Shown here piece after piece: positions 26,255-34,174 of a stretch of DNA of 34,174 nucleotides (position 1 is the first letter of the stretch; every line of letters begins with the position of its first letter). Below the pieces are notes generated by a model that worked only from the letters and a program-made list of their open reading frames with translations, was not told the origin of the DNA and made no database searches. Source of the stretch: a virus (Duplodnaviria; Caudoviricetes); the IMG/VR virus record IMGVR_UViG_3300034200_000097, positions 1 through 34,174 of that record. One strand, written 5' to 3'. The position numbers were made by a program, and so were the translations under genes.

Positions 26255-26412
26255 ATAAAGCAGGTTTGTACGCAAATATTCTCCGAAAGCAGGAGCGTCA
26301 GGCCCGCCAACGCGCCGAAGGTCGCCCTGTAGAGCGTACTCGCAAGCCCGGTGAGCCGGGTGCGCCAACCGCCGAAGCGTTCCGACAATCGGCAAAGACG
26401 GCGAAGAAATGA
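26251..26412 (+). CDS. Small basic protein (53 aa; not in ORF track)
   Basis: MNKAGLYANILRKQERQARQRAEGRPVERTRKPGEPGAPTAEAFRQSAKTAKK with ATGA overlaps at both ends. Confidence 0.75.
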   Translation: MNKAGLYANILRKQERQARQRAEGRPVERTRKPGEPGAPTAEAFRQSAKTAKK

Positions 26413-26696
26413 GCGCGGCTTGGACACGAAAAGAGGGGCAAAACGCCAAGGGCGGGCTGAACGCCAAGGGTCGCGCCAGCTACAAGGCCGAAACAGGCGG
26501 GACGCTCAAGCCGCCGGTTAAGTCAGGCGACAATCCACGCCGAGCCTCTTTCCTCGCTCGTATGGGCAATATGCCGGGGCCGATGGCAAAGGACGGTAAG
26601 CCCACACGCCTCGCCCTCGCACTCAAGGCATGGGGAGCCTCTAGCAAGGAGGACGCCCGAGCCAAGGCCAAAGCCATTAGCAGCAGGAACAAGTAA
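26409..26696 (+). CDS. Small basic phage protein (DUF6321-like)
   Basis: W.RKEG.N..GGLNAKGRASY and RRASF.ARM...TRL.L.L..W. Confidence 0.7.
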   Translation: MSAAWTRKEGQNAKGGLNAKGRASYKAETGGTLKPPVKSGDNPRRASFLARMGNMPGPMAKDGKPTRLALALKAWGASSKEDARAKAKAISSRNK

Positions 26697-27859
26697 TGGC
26701 CGCTGACCGTCAACGCCTAGCCGCCGCCCTCGCCTACGAGGAAGAACGCCGACGGCGCATGATGGAATCCGTCCCGACGACGGACAACCTGCCGCCTGTC
26801 CGACCGGCTCGCAGCGACTTACGCACTAACCTTGAGAACCTGTCGTCGGGGTTAGGCCAAGGCATCGTCAACCAGTTAGAAGGCGTCAAAACACTCATCA
26901 CCGATCCCGTAGGCACGGCTAGAGCCACTTACGAGGGCGTGAAGGGCATTGTGCGCGACCCGTCCGTACTTGCTGACGCATTGCGCTACACCGCCCAGAA
27001 AGCCACTAGCGGCCCGTTAGGCGCAGGCGAAGTGATCGGTGAAATGCTTGGCCCGATGCGCGGCAAACCGCCCGTCATGCAGGAAATTGACGTTTACCAC
27101 GGCAGCCCGCACCGCTTTGAGGAGTTTGACGCCAGCAAGATCGGCACGGGTGAGGGCGCACAGGCGTATGGGCATGGTATTTACCTTGCCGAAAGTCCCG
27201 ACGTAGCGAAAACCTATAAGGCTGCAAATGACCCAATCGCAAGAAAGGCAGAGGAATTGCTGCGGTCAACAGATGGCGATGTTGATAGGGCAATGCGGTA
27301 CGCCAAAAAGAAAGTGGAAGATTTGGAAAAAAACCGAGATGTAAAGGGGTTTTTTTCGCCTGTTGCGCTTGAGCAAAACCAAGGCGCATTAAATTATTTG
27401 CAGCAAATGAAAAAGGGCAAGCCACCGCAAGTTGGCTCTATGTACACCGCCGACCTACCCGACGAAATGGTAGATCGGATGCTGGACTACGATATGCCAA
27501 TCAACCAGCAAAACCCGTATGTGTTGGCTGCATTGGATCGGGCTGGAATCAACACGCAATCTACCGCGTTAGCAGGCCCAATGGCGCAAGGCCAAGAAAA
27601 GCATTTGACGCAATTTGGTATCCCCGGCATCAAGTATATGGATGAGGGCAGCCGAGGGTATGTGGTTGACTTGTTCCATAAGGGCAAGCCCTATGCAGAA
27701 CATTCTGGCGTCAAACATCAAACGCTACAGTCAGCGCAAGAGCGTATTGCGGAGGCCGAAGCACAAGGTTTTGAGCCGAGGTTAGGCACTCGCGGCACCC
27801 GTAACTTCGTCGTGTTCCCCGGCGAAGAAAAGAAAGTTAAGATTCTCAAACGTGAGTGA
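26696..27859 (+). CDS. Protein with an ADP-ribosyltransferase-like (polyvalent-protein type) domain
   Basis: Motifs VYHGSPH.F..FD..KIGTGEGAQAYG.G.Y.AE...VA..Y, GIPGIKY.D.GSR and TRNFVVF. Confidence 0.6.
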   Translation: MAADRQRLAAALAYEEERRRRMMESVPTTDNLPPVRPARSDLRTNLENLSSGLGQGIVNQLEGVKTLITDPVGTARATYEGVKGIVRDPSVLADALRYTAQKATSGPLGAGEVIGEMLGPMRGKPPVMQEIDVYHGSPHRFEEFDASKIGTGEGAQAYGHGIYLAESPDVAKTYKAANDPIARKAEELLRSTDGDVDRAMRYAKKKVEDLEKNRDVKGFFSPVALEQNQGALNYLQQMKKGKPPQVGSMYTADLPDEMVDRMLDYDMPINQQNPYVLAALDRAGINTQSTALAGPMAQGQEKHLTQFGIPGIKYMDEGSRGYVVDLFHKGKPYAEHSGVKHQTLQSAQERIAEAEAQGFEPRLGTRGTRNFVVFPGEEKKVKILKRE

Positions 27860-27894
27860 TTGTTCCACAGGCGATCCAAAGTAGACCAAAACAG

Positions 27895-28170
27895 ATGGCA
27901 AAGGGTAAGAAAACAGGCGGTAGGCAGGCGGGTACGCCTAATAAGTCCACACAGGCCGCCAGAGAGGCCATTGCAGCGTTTGTGGACGGCAATGCAGACC
28001 GCCTCCAAGGGTGGCTAGACGAGATCGCAGAGGAGAAGGGAGCGCAGGCCGCGTTTGACGCCTTTAGCACTTTGCTGGAATACCACGTTCCTAAACTCGC
28101 CCGCCAAGAGATCACAGGTAAGGACAACGGCCCGGTCAAGGTACAGATCGGATGGATGGCTCCCGAATAA
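27895..28170 (+). CDS. terS: Terminase small subunit (putative)
   Basis: KTGGR..GTPNK.T N-terminus and EITGKDNGPV C-terminus; immediately upstream of terL. Confidence 0.75.
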   Translation: MAKGKKTGGRQAGTPNKSTQAAREAIAAFVDGNADRLQGWLDEIAEEKGAQAAFDAFSTLLEYHVPKLARQEITGKDNGPVKVQIGWMAPE

Positions 28171-29492
28171 TCCTGCCCTACCGCCCACGCAAGGCGTTCA
28201 TGCCGTTCCATGAGCGCACTAAACGCTGGGCTTGTCTCGTCGCACACCGCCGCGCAGGCAAAACTGTCGCCGCCGTCAACGACATGATCCGCGCTGCCGC
28301 GATGTATCAGCAGCCGTACGGACTATTTGGTTACGTCGCCCCCTACCGTAGTCAGGCAAAGGCTGTGGCATGGCAATACTTTAAGGACGGCGCACACCCG
28401 ATCATCCAATCGGTCAACGAGCAGGAATTGACCATCACGCTCATCAACGGTAGTCAGATACGCCTGTTCGGTGCCGATAACGCTGACGCTATGCGCGGCC
28501 TTGGATTCTCGGGGCTGTACCTTGACGAGTACGGTGACTTTAAGCCGAGCGTATTCGGGAACGTGTTGAGAGCGTCCCTGTCAGACAAGCAGGGTTGGTG
28601 CGTCTTTGGCGGTACACCAAAGGGCAAAAACCAGTTCTGGGAAATCTACGACACCGCACAACGCTTGCCGCAAGAATGGTTCCTGTTGCGCTTGCCTGCC
28701 TCCAGCAGCGGGTTACTACCGGCGTCAGAGCTAGCCGCCGCTAGAGCGCAGTTGGCCGAGGATCAGTACCTGCAGGAGTACGAGTGCAGCTTTGAGGCTG
28801 CGATCCTCGGTGCTTTTTACGGCAAGGAAATGCGCGAGGCGCAAGACCAAGGCCGCATCACCAACGTGCCGTACGACCCGAATCTGCCGACGTACACCGC
28901 ATGGGACTTGGGTTATCGCGACGACACGGCTATCTGGTTCTATCAGGTCGCCCGTGGGGAACTGCGCGTCATAGACTTTTACGCCGTCTCGGGCGAGGAC
29001 ATCCACACGATTGCCGATGTGGTACGCAACAAGCCGTATCGCTATGCCAAGCACTACCTACCACATGACGCGAGAGCCAAGAGCCTACAGACCGGCAAGA
29101 GCATCATTGAGCAACTAGCGGCGCAATTAGACATCGCCAAACTCGCTGTTGTCCCTGACATCGGTGTGCAGTCGGGCATACAGGCCGTTCGTATGATGCT
29201 GCCGCGTGTGTGGTTTGACGCGACCAAGTGCAGCGATGGCATTGAGGCGCTGCGTCAGTACCAACGCGAATACGACGAGGACAAGAAAGCCTATCGTCAG
29301 TCACCGCGCCACGATTGGACGTCACACCCTAGTGACGCTTTCCGTATGGTTGCGGTATCATGGTCTGAAGTCGCTGACAAGCCCCCAGCGCCAGAGGTCA
29401 AACCGCTGATGGTGGGGCCAGAAAACACAGTCACGCTAAACGATATGTGGGCGGTTCACGACCGCACGACGACAAGGAGAGCAAGGATATGA
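28152..29492 (+). CDS. terL: Terminase large subunit
   Basis: Walker A HRRAGKT, Walker B LYLDE, GTPKG.N, QEYECSF, nuclease motifs AWDLG and P.HDW.SH..DAFR. Confidence 0.95.
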   Translation: MDGSRIILPYRPRKAFMPFHERTKRWACLVAHRRAGKTVAAVNDMIRAAAMYQQPYGLFGYVAPYRSQAKAVAWQYFKDGAHPIIQSVNEQELTITLINGSQIRLFGADNADAMRGLGFSGLYLDEYGDFKPSVFGNVLRASLSDKQGWCVFGGTPKGKNQFWEIYDTAQRLPQEWFLLRLPASSSGLLPASELAAARAQLAEDQYLQEYECSFEAAILGAFYGKEMREAQDQGRITNVPYDPNLPTYTAWDLGYRDDTAIWFYQVARGELRVIDFYAVSGEDIHTIADVVRNKPYRYAKHYLPHDARAKSLQTGKSIIEQLAAQLDIAKLAVVPDIGVQSGIQAVRMMLPRVWFDATKCSDGIEALRQYQREYDEDKKAYRQSPRHDWTSHPSDAFRMVAVSWSEVADKPPAPEVKPLMVGPENTVTLNDMWAVHDRTTTRRARI

Positions 29493-29791
29493 GCATTGTC
29501 AGCCCGAATCGTTACCCCTACGAAACAGTTGCCGCCTCGCAGACCGCGCAGGTACTCGGTGGCACAGGTGCCGTGGGTGATTACCTCCATCGCATTGTGG
29601 TGACGGTCACGACGACCGGCACTAGCACCTTAAGCGTCATTGACGGCAGTACGACCGTCCTGACGATGGCTGCGAACACTCCGGTGGGCGTCTATAGCCT
29701 TGAGATTAACGCCGCTGCGGTTACCGGCCCGTGGAAGATCACGACCGGCGCAGGCGCGACCGTTATGGCTGTCGGATTCTTCACGGCCTAA
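29489..29791 (+). CDS. Small beta-rich protein, probably structural
   Basis: ATGA overlap with terL at 29489; Thr/Val/Gly-rich. Confidence 0.65.
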   Translation: MSIVSPNRYPYETVAASQTAQVLGGTGAVGDYLHRIVVTVTTTGTSTLSVIDGSTTVLTMAANTPVGVYSLEINAAAVTGPWKITTGAGATVMAVGFFTA

Positions 29792-29793
29792 TC

Positions 29794-31815
29794 ATGGAAG
29801 GCATACTGCAACCGGAACTGGAAAAGTACCTCCGCACCATCGCGCAGTATGACGCCGAGTTCGCTAAATGGACGGCGCGAACCAAGAAGATCGTCAAACG
29901 CTATCGTGACGATAGTCGTGGGCAGGGCGGCAACGAGGCTGCACGGTTCAACATCCTCTGGTCAAACGTCCAGACGCTGAAGCCTGCGGTTTACGCCAAG
30001 CTCCCGAAGGCCGACATATCGCGCCGCTTTGGCGATAACGACCCCGTAGGCCGTGTGGCAGGACAACTGCTAGAGCGGGCGATTGACTTTGAAATTGAGC
30101 ATTACCCCGACTTCCGCTCAACGATGTCTTATGGCGTGGAAGATCGGTTCCTTGGTGGCCGTGGCACCGCATGGGTACGCTACGAGCCGCACGTTGCGCC
30201 GATTGGCATTGAGGACGATGGCGTATCCATCACCTCCAACATTGAGCAGGGTGAGGGTGCGCCGCCGAACCTAGAGCAGATTGAGTACGAGTGCGCCCCG
30301 GTGGATTACATCCATTGGCGTGATTTCGGCCACTCACAGGCTCGCACATGGGAAGAAGTCACCTGCGTATGGCGCTGGGTGTACATGAGCCGTGAGGCGC
30401 TAGCAGAGCGGTTTGGCGAGGAGATGGCTCGCAGGATACCGCTAGACCAAGGCCCAGAACCGCTCAACGCTTACAACGAAGCCAAGCGCACCTATAACCG
30501 CGCAAAGATTTGTGAACTGTGGGACAAGGAAACCGAAAAGGTGTACTGGTTCTGCAAGGGTATGCCGCAGATCATTGATGTGCGTGACGACCCGCTTGGC
30601 CTTGAGGGGTTCTTCCCCTGCCCGAAACCGCTGTACGCGACGACGACAAGCGACACGCTGGTGCCGGTGCCTGACTTCCTGCTGTACCAAGATCAGGCGA
30701 TGGAGTTGGACATCCTGTCCGACCGCATTGATGGTTTGGTCAAGGCGCTGCGTGTACGCGGTGTGTACGACGCCAGCCAACCGGCGCTGCAACGCTTGAT
30801 GACGGAGGGCGACAACAATGCGCTTATTCCAGTTGATAAATGGATGGCTTTTAGCGAGAAAGGCGGCCTTAAAGGCAGCATTGACCTTCTCCCGCTGGAC
30901 ACGCTCGCCAACGCCCTCCTCAACTGCTACCGAGCAAGAGAGGACATCAAGAGCCAAATTTACGAAATCACGGGCATCTCGGACATCATCCGAGGCACCT
31001 CGTTCGCGTCCGAAACGGCTACGGCCCAACAAATCAAAGGCCAGTACGCGGGATTAAGACTGCGCTCCATGCAGGAGGACGTTGCCCTCTTTGCATCGGA
31101 GTTGATCCGTTTGAAGGCGCAGGTGATGTGCAAGCACTACCAGCCCGAAACGATCCTTGCCTACGCCGCCGCAAGCCAGATGACGCCTGCCGACCAGCAA
31201 CTGATCCCGCAGGCCATTGAATTGCTGCGCGACAAACCCCTGCGTAACTTCCGCGTAGACGTTGCCGCCGACAGCCTTGTGATGTTGGACGAGAACCAGA
31301 TGAAGCAGGATCGTATGCAGTTCCTGCAAGCGTTTGGTGGCTTCCTCGCGCAAGCCCTGCCGGTTGGTCAGGCCAGCCCGCAGATGGTGCCGATGATGAT
31401 GGAGTTGCTGCGCTTCGGTATGCAGGCGTTTAAGGCCGCACGACCGATTGAAGGGCAGATTGACGCCACGTTGCAGCAGTTGCAGCAGGCCGCGATGCAG
31501 CAAGGCCCAGACGGCGAGCAGCAAGGCAAGCAAGCCGAGTTGCAGCAGAAGGGGCAGATGGAGCAAAGCCGTATCCAAATGGAGGCCGCGCTACAACAGG
31601 CCAAACTGCAACAGCAGATGCAGATGGAGCAACTCAAGAACCAGACGAAACTAGCGATGGAACAGCAGAAGCAGCAGTTTGAGGCGCAGTTGGAGGCGAT
31701 GAAGCTGCAAAGTCAGCAAGAAGCCGCCAAGTACAAGGCCGACATGGACGCCCAAACGCGCTTGATCATCGCGCAGATGAACAAAACGCTACCCCCAACT
31801 ACGTTTAATCAATGA
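29794..31815 (+). CDS. Portal protein with a long Gln-rich C-terminal coiled-coil barrel
   Basis: 673 aa from ATG 29794, downstream of terL. Motifs G.G.AWVRY, FFPCP.P and EITGISDI.RG....ETATAQQIK. Confidence 0.88.
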   Translation: MEGILQPELEKYLRTIAQYDAEFAKWTARTKKIVKRYRDDSRGQGGNEAARFNILWSNVQTLKPAVYAKLPKADISRRFGDNDPVGRVAGQLLERAIDFEIEHYPDFRSTMSYGVEDRFLGGRGTAWVRYEPHVAPIGIEDDGVSITSNIEQGEGAPPNLEQIEYECAPVDYIHWRDFGHSQARTWEEVTCVWRWVYMSREALAERFGEEMARRIPLDQGPEPLNAYNEAKRTYNRAKICELWDKETEKVYWFCKGMPQIIDVRDDPLGLEGFFPCPKPLYATTTSDTLVPVPDFLLYQDQAMELDILSDRIDGLVKALRVRGVYDASQPALQRLMTEGDNNALIPVDKWMAFSEKGGLKGSIDLLPLDTLANALLNCYRAREDIKSQIYEITGISDIIRGTSFASETATAQQIKGQYAGLRLRSMQEDVALFASELIRLKAQVMCKHYQPETILAYAAASQMTPADQQLIPQAIELLRDKPLRNFRVDVAADSLVMLDENQMKQDRMQFLQAFGGFLAQALPVGQASPQMVPMMMELLRFGMQAFKAARPIEGQIDATLQQLQQAAMQQGPDGEQQGKQAELQQKGQMEQSRIQMEAALQQAKLQQQMQMEQLKNQTKLAMEQQKQQFEAQLEAMKLQSQQEAAKYKADMDAQTRLIIAQMNKTLPPTTFNQ

Positions 31816-32159
31816 AACGCACTTACGTTTTCATAGACGGCGAGTTTGTAGAGCGTAAAAAGGACGCCAAAGGGCGTTATCACTACGTCGTGCCCGACAT
31901 CGTGCCGTACAAAAGCATGATTGACGGCAAGATGGTCACCTCACGCTCGGAACACCGCCGCCACCTCAAGGCCAACAACTGCATTGAGGTCGGTAACGAC
32001 GACCCGAGCAAGCACATCAGGCACGAAAAGTCGGTAGACACGCGGCTTGAACGCATCAAGCACATCGTCAACACCCGAATGACCAACGAGCAAGCAGATC
32101 GCATACTGCGCGACCTGCGCCAACACGCGAATTTCACCAATCCCCACAGGAGAGGCTAA
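31812..32159 (+). CDS. Hypothetical head-module protein
   Basis: PDI.PYKS.IDG...TSRS.HR.HL....C.EVGND; lies between portal and scaffold. Confidence 0.7.
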   Translation: MKRTYVFIDGEFVERKKDAKGRYHYVVPDIVPYKSMIDGKMVTSRSEHRRHLKANNCIEVGNDDPSKHIRHEKSVDTRLERIKHIVNTRMTNEQADRILRDLRQHANFTNPHRRG

Positions 32160-32160
32160 C

Positions 32161-33159
32161 GTGGACGAGCAAATGGAACGAGATGAAGCCCCACAGGCTG
32201 ATGTAACTGACCGCCGAGCGATTCTTGAGCAGAGTTTAGAAGCGGCAGAGCGTGGCGAACCCATTGAACCCGTCTCACGCGACGGTAAGGGGCGTTTTGC
32301 TACGCCGAAAGCTGCGGAACCTGCTGACGAACCGCAGGTAGAGGAAGAGCCGCCTGTTTGGCGTCGTCCACCGGCATCGTGGAAGAAGGACTATCACGAG
32401 GTTTGGCAGAAAGCCGACCCGAAGATGCAGGAATACGCATGGCAGCGCGAGGAGCAGATGCGGGCGGGCGTGGAACCGCTGCTCTCCAAGGCGCAGTTTG
32501 CCGATGCAATGCAGGAAGCCATCTCGCCCTATATGCAGACCATACAGGGGCTTGGTTTATCGCCTGATAAGGCCGTAGCCGCCCTGATGGACGCTGACCA
32601 CAAGCTGCGTAACAGCGACCCACAGACGCGGATGCAATACTTCGCGCAACTCGCGCAGTCGTATGGCATCAACTTGGGTGCGATGCAGGGCCAGCAAGGC
32701 CAGATGCCGCAGCAAACGGTTGACCCGACCGTGTATGCGCTGCAAAACGAACTGAACAAAGTCCGTGGCGAGGTCATGGGCTGGAAGCAACAGCAGGAGA
32801 TGATGGAAAATCAGACTCTGCTAAACGAAATCAACCAATTTAGTTTGAAGGCCGATCATTTTGAGGACGTCCGACCGGCGATGATCCAACTCCTACAGAG
32901 TGGGATGGCGCAGACGTTGGACGAAGCCTATGACAAGGCCATCAGGCTTGATCCTAACTTGTTTGATCAGGTGACCAAGGCCCAACAGGCCGAAGCCGCC
33001 GCAAAACAAGCGAAGGAACAAAACAGGGCAGCGAAAGCCGCCCGAGCAGCAGCGGTGAGTGTCAGAAGCGCCACACCCGGCGTTAACACGGCTCCAAAAG
33101 CGGCAAACCGTCGTGCGATTCTAGAGGAAGCATTTTCCGAAACAGAGTCGCGCTTATAA
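32161..33159 (+). CDS. Capsid scaffolding protein (putative)
   Basis: GGAGAGG RBS; acidic N-terminus with RD.KGRF and PP.SW motifs; helical; directly before the capsid gene. Confidence 0.75.
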   Translation: MDEQMERDEAPQADVTDRRAILEQSLEAAERGEPIEPVSRDGKGRFATPKAAEPADEPQVEEEPPVWRRPPASWKKDYHEVWQKADPKMQEYAWQREEQMRAGVEPLLSKAQFADAMQEAISPYMQTIQGLGLSPDKAVAALMDADHKLRNSDPQTRMQYFAQLAQSYGINLGAMQGQQGQMPQQTVDPTVYALQNELNKVRGEVMGWKQQQEMMENQTLLNEINQFSLKADHFEDVRPAMIQLLQSGMAQTLDEAYDKAIRLDPNLFDQVTKAQQAEAAAKQAKEQNRAAKAARAAAVSVRSATPGVNTAPKAANRRAILEEAFSETESRL

Positions 33160-33182
33160 CTAACTGATGAAGGAGTAATCAA

Positions 33183-34174
33183 ATGGCATTTGCCAACTCA
33201 AGCATCAGCGACATCATTGCCACGACTATTCAGAGCCGTAGCGGTGAACTCGCTGACAACGTGACGAACAACAACGCGTTGCTTCGTCGCCTCAAGGAGC
33301 GCGGGAACGTCAAGACGTTCTCGGGCGGTAACGTGATTTTGCAAGAAATCATGTACAACGATCCGACCACCAACAACACGAATTCCTATTCGGGATACGA
33401 GGTGTTGAACGTCGGCCAGAACAGCCCGATTTCGTCGGCGCAGTTCAGCATCACGCAGTACGCTTCTGCCGTGACCATTTCGGGTTTGGAGATGATCCAG
33501 AACTCGGGCAAGGAGGCCATCATTGACCTTCTTGACGGTCGCATGGAAGTTGCGGAAGCCCAACTTGCTAACCGCATCTCGGGCGACCTGTACGGCGACG
33601 GCACGGGCAACGCGGGCAAGAACCTCACGGGTCTTGCTGCGGCTGTTCCCGATGACCCGACTACCGGCACCTACGGCGGCATCAACCGCGCTGTGTGGTC
33701 GTTCTGGCAGTCCAAGGTGTTTGATGCGTCGGTCAGCGGCTCGGGCGTTGTGTCGTCCACCACGATTCAAGGCTACATGGACGCTCTCGCTGTCCAACTC
33801 GTTCGTGGCACCGACAAGCCTGACCTGATCGTTGCTGACAACAACTACTACCGTTACTACTTGCAGTCGCTGCAAGCCATCCAGCGCATCACCGAGTCCG
33901 GCTCGGGCATGGCTGGCGCGGGCTTTGCCTCGCTCAAGTACTACGGCGCTGGCATGGCGTCTGACGTTGTGCTGGACGGTGGTATCGGTTCCTCCACCTA
34001 CAACTCGGGTGCTGGCAACGCGAACCATATGTGGTTCCTCAACACCAAGTACCTGCACTTCCGTCCTCACAAAGATCGTAACTTTGTGCCGATTGGCGGC
34101 GAGCGGCAGGCCGTTAACCAAGACGCCATTGTGAAACTGATCGGCTGGGCAGGTAACTTGACCTGCTCGGGCGC
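33183..34174 (+). CDS. Major capsid protein, 5' part (continues across the junction to the stop at 155; 339 aa in total)
   Basis: ATG at 33183 after an AAGGAG RBS. It reads MAFANSSISDIIATTIQSRSGELADNVTNNNALLRRLKERGNVKTFSGG... and follows the scaffold gene. The ORF track misses it because it has no in-window stop. Confidence 0.9.
   Translation, partial: MAFANSSISDIIATTIQSRSGELADNVTNNNALLRRLKERGNVKTFSGGNVILQEIMYNDPTTNNTNSYSGYEVLNVGQNSPISSAQFSITQYASAVTISGLEMIQNSGKEAIIDLLDGRMEVAEAQLANRISGDLYGDGTGNAGKNLTGLAAAVPDDPTTGTYGGINRAVWSFWQSKVFDASVSGSGVVSSTTIQGYMDALAVQLVRGTDKPDLIVADNNYYRYYLQSLQAIQRITESGSGMAGAGFASLKYYGAGMASDVVLDGGIGSSTYNSGAGNANHMWFLNTKYLHFRPHKDRNFVPIGGERQAVNQDAIVKLIGWAGNLTCSG
34048..34174 (+). 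repeat. Terminal direct repeat, copy 2
   Basis: Identical to 1-127 and lies inside the capsid ORF. Confidence 0.95.

Larger units (their letters stand above)
1..34174. mobile_element. Complete circularly permuted dsDNA tailed phage genome (podovirus-like morphogenesis, lambdoid early-gene layout)
   Basis: Full set of terminase, portal, capsid, tail and lysis genes; the ends overlap by 127 bp; no host genes are present. Confidence 0.95.

Noticed and set aside
33198-34121. 307 aa minus-strand ORF
   Set aside because: Antisense shadow of the major capsid gene.
34048-34174. 127 bp terminal repeat as a biological direct terminal repeat
   Set aside because: It falls inside the capsid gene and its length equals a common assembler k-mer size, so it indicates circular assembly rather than physical genome ends.
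1-34174. tRNA genes or stop-codon recoding
   Set aside because: No cloverleaf with a T-loop consensus was noticed, and genes tile densely under the standard code with all three stops in use.

Overview
The window is an apparently complete, circularly permuted tailed-phage genome. It has 34,047 unique bp, because bases 34048-34174 repeat bases 1-127 and the major capsid gene reads across that junction. The morphogenesis genes suggest a short-tailed, P22-like podovirus: terminases, a portal with a Gln-rich barrel, scaffold, capsid, decoration protein, adaptor, nozzle, three ejection-type proteins and a modular tail fibre. No tape-measure or sheath gene was recognised. A holin-endolysin cassette is interrupted by a GIY-YIG endonuclease gene. 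The early region has a lambdoid divergent layout: ERF, SSB-like, NinB and YbcO-like genes run leftward, and Cro, HNH and VRR-NUC genes run rightward. I recognise no integrase, CI repressor, replication initiator, helicase, primase or polymerase. Two candidate systems stand out. (1) Directly after an unannotated cro gene lies a ~320 bp structured non-coding region. It contains a ~75 nt three-hairpin antisense RNA with its own promoter and terminator, plus a G6-TA-G6 tract. This architecture resembles a ColE1-type RNA I/RNA II primer origin and sits where replication genes would normally be. (2) A dispersed glycan-building set comprises a Maf/DUF115-like transferase inside the capsid operon, two GT-A glycosyltransferases and two sugar-type O-methyltransferases, which suggests virion or surface glycosylation. 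All family assignments come from motif recognition by eye, with no database search.
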